NCBI GenBank assembly: GCA_965220085.1 | Contig: CBDCOZ010000003.1 | Coordinates: forward strand, 1,792,001-1,856,000 | Direction of reading: 5' to 3' | From: Candidatus Oxydemutatoraceae bacterium | Lineage (GTDB): Bacteria > Pseudomonadota > Gammaproteobacteria > Poriferisulfidales > Oxydemutatoraceae | DNA: 64,000 nt | In this document: positions 21,140 to 33,700 of the stretch, one piece after another | Layout of the letters: each line of letters starts with the position of its first letter | Position numbering within the stretch: the first letter of the stretch is position 1 | Made by a program: the position numbers and the translations under genes | The notes under the pieces: generated by a model | Databases searched by the model: none | Seen by the model: only the letters and a program-made list of their open reading frames with translations | What the model was told of the DNA's origin: nothing

Positions 21140-21627
21140 GGAGGTATTGCCGGGGGGCTTCCGGGAAGAGACGCGGGCAGGGCTTTGGCGCCGGCTCGGA
21201 ATCGGGCGGGTTGGTTCTGTCATCATCTCCCGCGCGACACCGCGCTCGCTATGATTGCCGGCGCTGACTCGTTTGAATCTCGCCGTCCTTATTCGCTTGC
21301 GCCGTCACTGTGTGTTGCGATGATGTTGCGCAGTTCGATGGGGACGGGCAATGAGGCTGAGCGCGACGCTGTCTATTGCAAATGGGCGGGGTCGGCCGGG
21401 TCGGTTAATCTCCGTGTCACAGAAGTCACCGGATTACCCGCTTCATCGCGCGCTGTCAATCTGATGCCGGATGCTGTCGTGTCGGTCGTTGCATTCGCGC
21501 CAATGGCAATGGCCAAATGAGCGACCAAAGAAGAACCGGTCAAGTTGGCGACCAAGAGGGAGCTGGCCGAGCGCAAGCCGGATGCCAAAGAGGAGTTTGC
21601 TGATCGTCGCGCCATGGGCATGGTCAA
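21140..21627 (-). pseudogene. Decayed, collapsed paralog of the cadherin adhesins (one frameshifted cadherin repeat plus a degenerate C-terminal motif)
   Basis: Minus-strand fragments in shifting frames read AIGANATTDTTASGIRLTARDEAGNPVTSVTRRLTDPADP, FAIDS and SQHTVTAQANKDG. The end reads SEPAPKPCPRLFPEAPRQ versus PEPALKLRLRLFLEGPLR in the intact neighbour. The downstream spacer (21091-21145) matches 34105-34160. Confidence 0.8.
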
Positions 21628-21744
21628 ACAACGCCCGACAATCCGCGGCGCGGTTGATATGCGGGCTATAAGGGGGCTTGACGGCAGCCAGTCGGCCCCA
21701 AAGGAGCGTACGGCGCGAGCGCTTCCCCTGAGGAAAAGAGTGAT

Positions 21745-24700
21745 TTATCGCAACGGGCCTTCAAGGAAGAGCCGCAAGCGGAGTTTGAGCGCCGGTTCGG
21801 GCGGCTCTGTGCCGTCGTCGTCGGTCGGGTCGTTCAAAACCTCTATTGTCATCTCCAGATCATCGGATGCCACGGCGTCTTTTGTCGCCCGCACGATTAC
21901 CGTGTGGGCGGTTGATGCCTCGTAATCTAGCGCACCCGCCACGGTCACCTCGCCGCTATCGGGGTCAATCGCGAACAAACCGTTCGGGGCGCTCGCTAGG
22001 CTCCAAGTCATTCCGCTTACCGCGCGATTGCCCTCATCGCGCACCGTCAGCGTGATGCCGGTCACCGCCGTGCCGGTCGCCGCATTCTCAACAACCGTAT
22101 TGGTCGTGGCATTGCTGTCGGCAATCGCCAGACTCTCCAGCACATTGATCACGCGTATCCTCAGCGGCATGGTAACGGGCTCATAACCGGCGGCTGCGGC
22201 TGTTACCGTTACGCTATGGCTGTGCGCGGTTTCGTAGTCCAGCGCGCCGCTCGCAATCAAAGTGATGATGCCGCCGCCGGCGCTTATGGCGAACAAGTCG
22301 GGGTCGTTCGGGTCGCCCAAACTCCACGTCACACTGCCTACGGTAGCGCCGCCGACAACCTGTGCCGCCAGCGCCACGCCCGCTATCGCCGTGCCCGACG
22401 TTGCGTCCTCCGCTATCGTCGCCGTGTAGGCGACCTGTGGCGACGGGGTCTCGTCAATATCGATTACGGCAATGATTACGTCTATTGTGGCGCTGACAGC
22501 GCCCGTTGAGGCGCGCGCCGTTATCGTATGCGTCGGCGTTGTCTCATAATCCAATTCGCCCGCCAACGTGACCACGCCGCTATCGGGGGCAATCGCAAAC
22601 AGGCCTCCCGCGTCATCGCTCAGCCCCCATATAAAGTCTGTGCCGCCGGTCAGAGGCAGACCGTCTTCGTGCGCTCGCAGGGCGATGCCCGGCACCGCCG
22701 TGCCGACCGGCGCATCCTCGGCAAGCTCTATCGCGCCGTTGCCGCTGTTTGCTACTGTCAGCGCCTCCGCCACATTCAAAACGCTTATCGTCAGCGCCAA
22801 GTCATTCGATACCACGGCGCCCGCCACAGCCCGCACCGTCACGCTATGGGTCGGCGCGCTCTCGTAATCTAACGCGCCCGCCACGATGAGTAGCGCGCTG
22901 TTAGCGGAGCTGATTGCAAACAAGCCGGCCGGGGCGCTCGCTACGCTCCATGTCACGGCAGTCACCGGCATGCCCATCTCATCGCGGGCTTGCAGTGTGA
23001 TGCCGGTCACCGCCGTGCCGGTCGCCGCATTCTCAACAACCGTATTGGTCGTGGCATCGCTATCGACTATCGTCAATGCATCCGGCGCATCCAAAATATT
23101 TATCGTCAGCGCCAAGTCATTCGATACCACGGCGCCCGCCACAGCCCGCACCGTCACGCTATGGGTCGGCGTACTCTCGTGATCTAACGCGCCCGCCGCC
23201 GTTATCTCACCGCTAACCGGGTCAATCGCGAACAGGTCGGCGGCGGTATCTGTCATCTCCCATGCGAAGCCCGCGCCGCTAGTCAGGGGCAGACTGCCTT
23301 CGTGCGCTCGCAGGGCGATGCCAGTCACCGCTGTGCCGGGCGGCGCATTCTCGGCGATGGCGTTGGCATCCGTATCGCTATCAACAATCGTCAAACTCTC
23401 CGCTACATTTCGCACCTCTATCGGCAGATCGAGCGCGACGATGCTGCCGTCGGCGGCGATGGCGACCGCCGTTACGCCATGGCTCGCAGCCGCTTCGTAA
23501 TCCGGCGCACGGTCGGTCGCGGTTTTGATAACGCCGGTGGCGGCGGCAATCGCAAACAAGCCGTCGGCATCGTCGGTCAGTATCCATGCGATGCCGCTTA
23601 GCGGGTTGCCGTCTCGTGTCGCCGCCAGCATTATTCCGCTGACTATCGTGTCCGTACTGTTCTCGGCGATGGCGTTGGGGGCTGGATCAGCATCGCTTAC
23701 GGTCGGCGGGACAATCGTCTCATCAAAGTCGGTCACCATGATGGTCAGCGGCAATGGGTCGGACCGTATGCCGCTTGCCGTGGCCCGCGCCTCTGCCGTG
23801 TGGGCGGTCGATGTCTCGTAATCCAAGGTGTTTGAGGCGCTCAGCCTGATAGCGCCGTCGGCATCTATCGCGAACAGGCCGGGCGGAGCGCTCGCTATGC
23901 TCCAGGTCACGGCGCTCACCGCATCACCCGCTTCATCGAGGGCTTGCAAGGCGATGCCGGTTACCGGCATGTTCGCCACCGCATTCTCGGCGATGGCATT
24001 GGCGGCGGTATCGCTATCAATAATCGTCAAGGGCTCCGGCGCATTCAAAATGTTTATCGTCAGGGTCAGGGTGTCGACAACGGCGCCGGTTGATGCCCGC
24101 GCCTCTATCGTGTGGCTCGTTGCCGTCTCATAATCCAATGCGCCCGCCGCCGTTACTTCGCCGCCGGTGGTAATCGAAAACAGACCGCCGGCATCGTCGC
24201 TCAAGCTCCAGAGGAAGTCTTCGCCGGCAGTCAGAGGCAAACTGCCTTCGTGCGCTTGCAGATTGATGCCGGTCACCGCCGTGCCGATTGCGGAATTCTC
24301 GGCGATGGTGTTGGCGCTCGTATCGCTATCAATAATCGTCAAGCTCTCCGGCACATTCCCAACCGCTATGGTCAGGGTCAGGTCATCGGATACCACGGCG
24401 CCCGCCACAGCCCGCACCGTCACGCTATGGGTCGGCGTGCTCTCGTAATCCAATGCGCCCGCCGCCGTTACTTCGCCGCCGGTGGTAATCGCAAACAGAC
24501 CGCCGGCATCGTCGCTCAATCTCCAGAGGAAACCTTCGCCGGCAGTCAGAGGCAGACCGTCTTCGTGCGCTCGCAGGGCGATGCCGGTTGCCGCCGTGCC
24601 GGGCGGCGCATTCTCGGCGATGGCGTTGGCATCCGTATCGCTATCAACAATCGTCAAACTCTCCGCTACATTTCGCACCTCTATCGGCAGATCGAGCGCG

Positions 24701-27700
24701 ACGATGCTGCCGTCGGCGGCGATGGCGACCGCCGTTACGCCATGGCTCGCAGCCGCTTCGTAATCCGGCGCACGGTCGGTCGCGGTTTTGATAACGCCGG
24801 TGGCGGCGGCAATCGCAAACAAGCCGTCGGCATCGTCGGTCAGTATCCATGCGATGCCGCTTAGCGGGTTGCCGTCTCGTGTCGCCGCCAGCATTATTCC
24901 GCTGACTATCGTGTCCGTACTGTTCTCGGCGATGGCGTTGGGGGCTGGATCAGCATCGCTTACGGTCGGCGGGACAATCGTCTCATCAAAGTCGGTCACC
25001 ATGATGGTCAGCGGCAATGGGTCGGACCGTATGCCGCTTGCCGTGGCCCGCGCCTCTGCCGTGTGGGCGGTCGATGTCTCGTAATCCAAGGTGTTTGAGG
25101 CGCTCAGCCTGATAGCGCCGTCGGCATCTATCGCGAACAGGCCGGGCGGAGCGCTCGCTATGCTCCAGGTCACGGCGCTCACCGCATCACCCGCTTCATC
25201 GAGGGCTTGCAAGGCGATGCCGGTTACCGGCATGTTCGCCACCGCATTCTCGGCGATGGCATTGGCGGCGGTATCGCTATCAATAATCGTCAAGGGCTCC
25301 GCTACATTGGTTACGACGATAGTCAGGTTTGGCTCGTTTGAGTCTATGCCGTCCTTTGTCGCTCGCACCGTAACCGGGTGTTGCGTTGATGCCTCGTAGT
25401 TCAATTCGCCCTCTGTGGTAATCGCGCCGGTGTTACTCGTGATTGCAAACAGGCCGCCCGCATCATCGGTCAGATTCCATTCCACTCCGCTTACCGCATT
25501 GCCGCCCTCGTCGGTCGCCGTCAGAGTGATGCCCGGCACCATGGTGCCGGTTGTCGCATTCTCGGCAATCTCTATCGCGCCGATGCCAGCATTCGCTATC
25601 GTCAATGTCTCCAGTACATTCAGTATATTTATTGTCAGTGTTACTACGGCAGGCTGATAACCGGCGGTTTCGGCGGTTACCGTTACGCTATGGCTGCGCG
25701 CGGTTTCGTAGTCCAGCGTGTCGCTCGCAACCAAAGTGATTGCGCCGTCGGCGCTGTCTATTGCAAACAAATCGGGGTGCGCCGGATCGGTCAGGCTCCA
25801 TGTCACTCCGGTCACCGAAGCGCCGCCGGGGTCTTGTGCCGCCAGCGTCACATCCGCTATCGCCGTACCCGTCGTTGCGTTCTCGGCTATCGTCGCCGTG
25901 TTGGCATCGCCCGTCGCATCGGCGTCCGTAATCCGCAACTGCGGCAGGCTCTCGTCAATATCCGTTACGGCGATGGCGAGGGTTAATTGATTCGAATCTA
26001 TGCCGTCCTTTGTCGCTTGCGCCACAACCGCGTGTTGCGTTGCCGCCTCGTAGTTCAATTCGCCCGCTACGGCAATCACGCCGGTGTTACTCGTGATTGC
26101 AAACAGGCCGCCCGCATCATCGGTCAGGCTCCATTCCACTCCGCTTACCGCAGCGCCGCCTTCGTCGCTCGCCGTCAGAGCGATGCCCGGCACCGCCGCG
26201 CCGACCGGCGCATTCTCGGCAAGCTCTATCGCATCAGCGTCGGCATTCGCTATCGTCAATGTCTCCGGCACATTCTCAACCGCTATCGTCAGCGCTAGCG
26301 TGTTCACGACAGTGCCGGTTGAGGCTTGTGCCGTTATCGTGTGGCTCTGTGCCGTCTCAAAATCCAACGCAGCCGCCACCCTCACCTCACCGCCGATGGT
26401 AATTGAAAACAGGCCGCCGGCATCATCGGTCAGGCTCCATTCCACTCCGCTTACCGCAGCGCCGCCCTCATCGCTCGCCGTCAGAGCGATGCCCGGCACC
26501 ACGGCGCCGACCGGCGCATTCTCGGCGATGGCATTGTCGCCGGCATTGCCATCGGCAATCGTCAAGCTCTCCGGCGCATTGGTTACGCCTACGCTGATTA
26601 CGCCGATGCTCAGGCTCAATATGTTTGAGTCTATGCCGTCCTTTGTCGCTTGCGCCATGACCGCGTGTTGCGTTGCTGCCTCGTAGTTCAATTCGCCCGC
26701 TACGGCAATCACGCCGGTGTTACTCGTGATTGCAAACAAGTTGCCCGCATCATCGGTCAGGCTCCATTCCGCTCCGCTTATGAGATTGCCGCCTTCATCG
26801 CTCGCCGTCAGAGCGATGCCCGGCACCACCGCGCCGACCGGCGCATTCTCGGCAATCTCTATCGCGCCGCTGCCGCCGTTCGCTATCGTCAAAGCCTCCA
26901 GCACATTCTCTACTCGCACTTCCGCTTCAATCTCTGCGCTCACCCCTCCCAGCGTCGCGCGCACTCTCAATCTATGCTCGCGGGCCGTCTCGTAGTCCAG
27001 CGCCGCTGCCACAGCGATGACACCGCTGCTCCCATCTATCGCAAACAGACCGCCCGCGTTATTCGGCAGGCTCCAAATCACGCTCAGGCGAGCGCCATCG
27101 GCGCCTCTTGCGACCAACTCCAGACCCGATACCGCCGTGCCGGTCGCCGCCGACTCCGATACCCTCGCCAGATTGTCATTGTCCGTTATGTCAACAATCG
27201 CAATGTCCTCGTTGATGTCTCCCACGCTGATAACCAGACTCGCTATGTTTGAATGGATGCCCTCTTTTGAAACTCGCACGGTCACCGTGTGTTGCGATGA
27301 TGCCTCGTAGTCCAATGAATTCGCGGCAACCAACCTGATAATGCCGGCGCTGTCCACAGAAAACAAACCATTCGGGTTATCGATCAGACTCCAGACCAGA
27401 CCGCTCGTCACCGCAACATTCGCTTCGTCCTTTGCCTCCAGCGATATGCCCAACACCCGACTGCCGGCGCCCGCGTTCTCGGCGATAGTGTTGGCATCTG
27501 CGTTTCTGTCTCTGACCGTCAGCGTCTCCGGCACATTCTCCACCGCTATCGTCAGCGACAGAGTCGCTACCGCGGTGGCCGTTGAAGCTCGCGCCTCTAT
27601 CGCATGGCTCGTATCCGTCTCGTAATCCAATGCGCCCGCCACCGTCACTTCGCCGCCGGTCGTAATCGCAAAGCGACCGCCGGCATCATTGCTCAGGCTC

Positions 27701-30700
27701 CATTCCGCTCCGCTTATGAGATTGCCGCCTTCATCGCTTGCCGTCAGAGCGATGCCCGCTACCACGGCGCCGACCGGCGCATTCTCGGCGACGGTATTGT
27801 CGGTAGTGTCGCTGTCCGTAATCGTCAGCGTCTCCGGCACATTCTCCACCGCTATCGTCAGCGACAGAGTCGCTACCGCGGTGGCCGTTGAAGCTCGCGC
27901 CTCTATCGCATGGCTCGTATCCGTCTCGTAATCCAATGCGCCCGCCACCGTCACTTCGCCGCCGGTCGTAATCGCAAAGCGCCCGCCGGCATCATTGCTC
28001 AGGCTCCATTCCGCTCCGCTTATGAGATTGCCGCCTTCATCGCTTGCCGTCAGAGCGATGCCCGCTACCACGGCGCCGACCGGCGCATTCTCGGCGACGG
28101 TATTGTCGGTAATGTCGCTGTCCGTAATCGTCAGCGTCTCCGGCACATTCTCCACCGCTATCGTCAGCGACAGAGTCGCTACCGCGGTGGCCGTTGAAGC
28201 TCGCGCCTCTATCGCATGGCTCGTATCCGTCTCGTAATCCAATGCGCCCGCCACCGTCACTTCGCCGCCGGTCGTAATCGCAAAGCGACCGCCGGCATCA
28301 TTGCTCAGGCTCCATTCCGCTCCGCTTATGAGATTGCCGCCTTCATCGCTTGCCGTCAGAGCGATGCCCGCTACCACGGCGCCGACCGGCGCATTCTCGG
28401 CGACGGTATTGTCGGTAGTGTCGCTGTCCGTAATCGTCAGCGTCTCCGGCACATTCTCCACCGCTATCGTCAGCGACAGAGTCGCTACCGCGGTGGCCGT
28501 TGAAGCTCGCGCCTCTATCGCATGGCTCGTATCCGTCTCGTAATCCAATGCGCCCGCCACCGTCACTTCGCCGCCGGTCGTAATCGCAAAGCGCCCGCCG
28601 GCATCATTGCTCAGGCTCCATTCCGCTCCGCTTATGAGATTGCCGCCTTCATCGCTTGCCGTCAGAGCGATGCCCGCTACCACGGCGCCGACCGGCGCAT
28701 TCTCGGCGACGGTATTGTCGGTAATGTCGCTGTCCGTAATCGTCAGCGTCTCCGGCACATTCTCCACCGCTATCGTCAGCGACAGAGTCGCTACCGCGGT
28801 GGCCGTTGAAGCTCGCGCCTCTATCGCATGGCTCGTATCCGTCTCGTAATCCAATGCGCCCGCCACCGTCACTTCGCCGCCGGTCGTAATCGCAAAGCGA
28901 CCGCCGGCATCATTGCTCAGGCTCCATTCCGCTCCGCTTATGAGATTGCCGCCTTCATCGCTTGCCGTCAGAGCGATGCCCGCTACCACGGCGCCGACCG
29001 GCGCATTCTCGGCGACGGTATTGTCGGTAGTGTCGCTGTCCGTAATCGTCAGCGTCTCCGGCACATTCTCCACCGCTATCGTCAGCGACAGAGTCGCTAC
29101 CGCGGTGGCCGTCGAAGCTCGCGCCTCTATCGCATGGCTCGTATCCGTCTCGTAATCCAATGCGCCCGCCACCGTCACTTCGCCGCCGGTCGTAATCGCA
29201 AAGCGCCCGCCGGCATCATTGCTCAGGCTCCATTCCGCTCCGCTTATGAGATTGCCGCCTTCATCGCTTGCCGTCAGAGCGATGCCCGCTACCACGGCGC
29301 CGACCGGCGCATTCTCGGCGATGGTATTGTCGGTAGTGTCGCTGTCCGTAATCGTCAGCGTCTCCGGCACATTCTCCACCGCTATCGTCAGCGACAGAGT
29401 CGCTACCGCGGTGGCCGTCGAAGCTCGCGCCTCTATCGCATGGCTCGTATCCGTCTCGTAATCCAATGCGCCCGCCACCGTCACTTCGCCGCCGGTCGTA
29501 ATCGCAAAGCGCCCGCCGGCATCATTGCTCAGGCTCCATTCCGCTCCGCTTATGAGATTGCCGCCTTCATCGCTCGCCGTCAGAGCGATGCCCGCTACCA
29601 CGGCGCCGACCGGCGCATTCTCGGCGACGGTATTGTCGGTAGTGTCGCTGTCCGTAATCGTCAGCGTCTCCGGCACATTCTCCACCGCTATCGTCAGCGA
29701 CAGAGTCGCTACCGCGGTGGCCGTTGAAGCTCGCGCCTCTATCGCATGGCTCGTATCCGTCTCGTAATCCAATGCGCCCGCCACCGTCACTTCGCCGCCG
29801 GTCGTAATCGCAAAGCGCCCGCCGGCATCATTGCTCAGGCTCCATTCCGCTCCGCTTATGAGATTGCCGCCTTCATCGCTCGCCGTCAGAGCGATGCCCG
29901 GCACCACCGCGCCGACCGGCGCATTCTCGGCAATCTCTATCGCGCCGCTGCCGCCGTTCGCTATCGTCAAAGCCTCCAGCACATTCTCTACTCGCACTTC
30001 CGCTTCAATCTCTGCGCTCACCCCTCCCAGCGTCGCGCGCACTCTCAATCTATGCTCGCGGGCCGTCTCGTAGTCCAGCGCCGCTGCCACAGCGATGACA
30101 CCGCTGCTCCCATCTATCGCAAACAGACCGCCCGCGTTATTCGGCAGGCTCCAAATCACGCTCAGGCGAGCGCCATCGGCGCCTCTTGCGACCAACTCCA
30201 GACCCGATACCGCCGTGCCGGTCGCCGCCGACTCCGATACCCTCGCCAGATTGTCATTGTCCGTTATGTCAACAATCGCAATGTCCTCGTTGATGTCTCC
30301 CACGCTGATAACCAGACTCGCTATGTTTGAATGGATGCCCTCTTTTGAAACTCGCACGGTCACCGTGTGTTGCGATGATGCCTCGTAGTCCAATGAATTC
30401 GCGGCAACCAACCTGATAATGCCGGCGCTGTCCACAGAAAACAAACCATTCGGGTTATCGATCAGACTCCAGACCAGACCGCTCGTCACCGCAACATTCG
30501 CTTCGTCCTTTGCCTCCAGCGATATGCCCAACACCCGACTGCCGGCGCCCGCGTTCTCGGCGATAGTGTTGGCATCTGCGTTTCTGTCTCTGACCGTCAG
30601 CGTCTCCGGCACATTCTCCACCGCTATCGTCAGCGACAGAGTCGCTACCGCGGTGGCCGTCGAAGCTCGCGCCTCTATCGCATGGCTCGTATCCGTCTCG

Positions 30701-33700
30701 TAATCCAATGCGCCCGCCACCGTCACTTCGCCGCCGGTCGTAATCGCAAAGCGCCCGCCGGCATCATTGCTCAGGCTCCATTCCACCCCGCTTATGAGAT
30801 TGCCGCCTTCATCGCTTGCCGTCAGAGCGATGCCCGGCACCACTGTGCCGACCGGCGCATTCTCGGCGATGGTATTATCGCCGGTATCGCTATCGGCAAT
30901 CGTCAGGGTCTCCGGCGCATTAGGCGCGCCCACATTGGTTACGCCGATGCTCAGGCTCAATATGTTTGAGTCTATGCCGTCCTTTGTCGCTTGCGCCATG
31001 ACCGCGTGTTGCGTTGCTGCCTCGTAGTTCAATGCGCCCTCTAAGGTAATCACGCCGGTGTTACTCGTGATTGCAAACAGGCCGCCCGCGTCATCGGTCA
31101 GGCTCCATTCCGCTCCGCTTACCGCATTGCCACTCTCGTCGCTCGTCGTCAGAGCAATGCCCGGCACCGCCGTGCCGGTTGTCGCATTCTCGGCAAGCTC
31201 TATCGCGCCGTTGCCGCCGTTCGCTATCGTCAAAGTCTCCAGTACGTTCAATACATTGATTGTCAGCGTCACCCCCGACGAAGCATAACCGCTCGCCATG
31301 GCGGTTACCGTTACGGCGTGTCGCGTTGATGCTTCGTAGTTCAGTGTGTTGTCCGCAGCCAAAGTGATGGCGCCGTCGGCGCTGTCTATTGCAAACAGGC
31401 CGCTCGGGTCGGTCAGACTCCAGGTCGCACTGCTCACGGCAACGCCGGCGGGGTCTTGTGCCGCCAATGTCACGCCCGCTATCGCCGTATCCGCCGTCGC
31501 GTTCTCGGCTATCGTCGCCGTGTTGGCATCGCCCGTCGTATCGGTGTCTATAATCCGCAACTGTGGCAGGGTATCGTCAATATCCGCTTCGGCAATGGTC
31601 AGGCCCAGGCCGATTGAAATCACGCCGTCTTTAGCGGCCCGCGCTACCACCGCGTAGTGATTAGGCAGTGTCTCGTAATCCAATGAGCCCGAAGCGATGA
31701 GGCTGATCACGCCGCTGGCGCTGTCTATTGCAAATAAACCGCTTGCATAGGGCAGGCTCCAGGTCACTCCGCTTACCGCAGCGCCGCCCTCGTCGCTCAC
31801 CGTCAGAGCGATGCCCGGCACCACCGCGCCGGCTGTCGCATTCTCGGCAATCGCTATCGCGCCGCTGCCTCTGTTCGCTATCCTCAACTCCTCCAGCACA
31901 TTCAATACATTTATTGTCAGCTCCAGCGCGCCCGTTATATAACCGTCGGCTTCGGCGGTCACCGTTACGGTGTGTCGCGTTGATGTTTCGTAGTCCAGCG
32001 TGTTGTCCGCAATCAAAGTGATGACACCGCTGGCGCTGCTTATTTCGAACAAGTCTTCCGCATCGATCAGGCCCCATGTCACATCGCTTACGACATTGCC
32101 ATCGGGGTCTCGCACCTCCGGCATCACACCCGTTGCCGCAACGCCCGCCGTTGCGTTCTCGGCTATCGTCGCCGTATTGACATCGCCCGTCGCATCGGTA
32201 TCGGTTATCCTCAACACATCGACGCTAATCGTTGCGGAACGGGCTGCCTCGCCGCCGTGAATGACCGCCGCGACATGATAGGCGTATCTGGCGCCCGCGG
32301 TGATGCTGTCGTCAACATAGATTGTGTTCGTTGACGGTGTTCCGGCAGTGTCATTCGCCAGCGCCGCCTCGTCGCGGTAGATGTGGTATGTAATAATCGG
32401 GGGCGGGTCCCATTCCGGCGGTATCGGCGGCGCGGTCCAAGCCAATGCCGCATGCCCGCCGATCCCAAATGCAATCAGGTCTCGCGGGCCTTCGCGCAGT
32501 TGGAAACCGAACTCTTGCCAGGTCGGCTCGCCGTCGCCGTTAAAGTCAACCTTCAGCGCCGGGTATTGCGAGGCGGCGCCGAAATCCCAGCGTTCGTTGG
32601 CGGTCGGGTTCCAGTTCGCATAGATATCGGCGCGCGTCGTCGGCGCCTGTAACTCGGCGGTCGCATGACCGCTGATGCCGGCGATGGCGATGCCGTTGCC
32701 GGCGGCATTGTCCTTGCGCGATGTCTCGGTATCCCAGACGACGGCGGTTGCGTCAATGCCGACATAAGCGCCGATGACGCCGCCGCCGTTCTCGTCGGCG
32801 GGCGCGATCCGGGCGGTGGAATAACTGCGGCGTATCGGGACAGATGTCCGACTGTTTGTGCCAAGCAAGCCGCCGGAGGCGGGCATCGCGCCATCCGATG
32901 CATCGACATAACCGGTGGCGTAAGAATCTTCCAGAAAGGAACCACCCCTTCCGTCCAGATTGCCAATCAGACCGCCGGCCCAATTGGTAGTGACCTGTGC
33001 TGCGGCGCCGTCGCCATACACACGCGCTCTGCCGGTGGCATAACTCGCGACCACTTCAAGACCGCGCCCGAAGCCGACCAGAGAACCGACTTCGTTGCCG
33101 CCCTCTATCCTGACCGCCGACCAACTGTTCTCAATCCGCGCGCGAAGACCGCCTTGTCCGTTCATCAAACCCGCTATGCCGCCAATCCGGTTCGCATTGG
33201 TGCCGCTGGCAGGAACCGAAGCGCCACTGCCCGAAGTTATTGAGCCGGTTACGCCGAGGTTGGAAACACATCCTTTGTCACACGCACCGGCGGCGCCGTC
33301 GGTTCCCCCTGAAATTCCGCCAAATAAGCCGGCATTACCGCGCCCGGCGATATCGTTCTGGAACAAGTTATAAATCGTGTGACCATTGCCCTCAAGCTTT
33401 CCGCCCCATCGGGCAAACGCATCGCCAATGGGCTGAAAGCCTTCTATGGGCCCGCCGCGATCCGCGTCTGTGTAGTACGGGAGGACTATGCCGCCGCCGT
33501 AACTGGCCGGATCGGTGAAATCCAAATCCTTTGTCAATTCATAGCCGAGGCATTCGCCGGCCCCGCCCGGACAACTGCTCTGGTTGTTGCCGAACTCTCT
33601 TGACCACACACGATAAGAGGAGGAATCATCTTTGCTCAGGCCCGTCCCCGCAGGGTCAAAGCGCATTACATTGAGTTGCTCCACCGTTGTGATGTCTATC

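Noticed and set aside
32484-32510. Internal QLREGP resembling the terminal FLEGP
   Set aside because: Only EGP is shared, and the internal module of gene A has QLRDLP at this position; probably coincidence.
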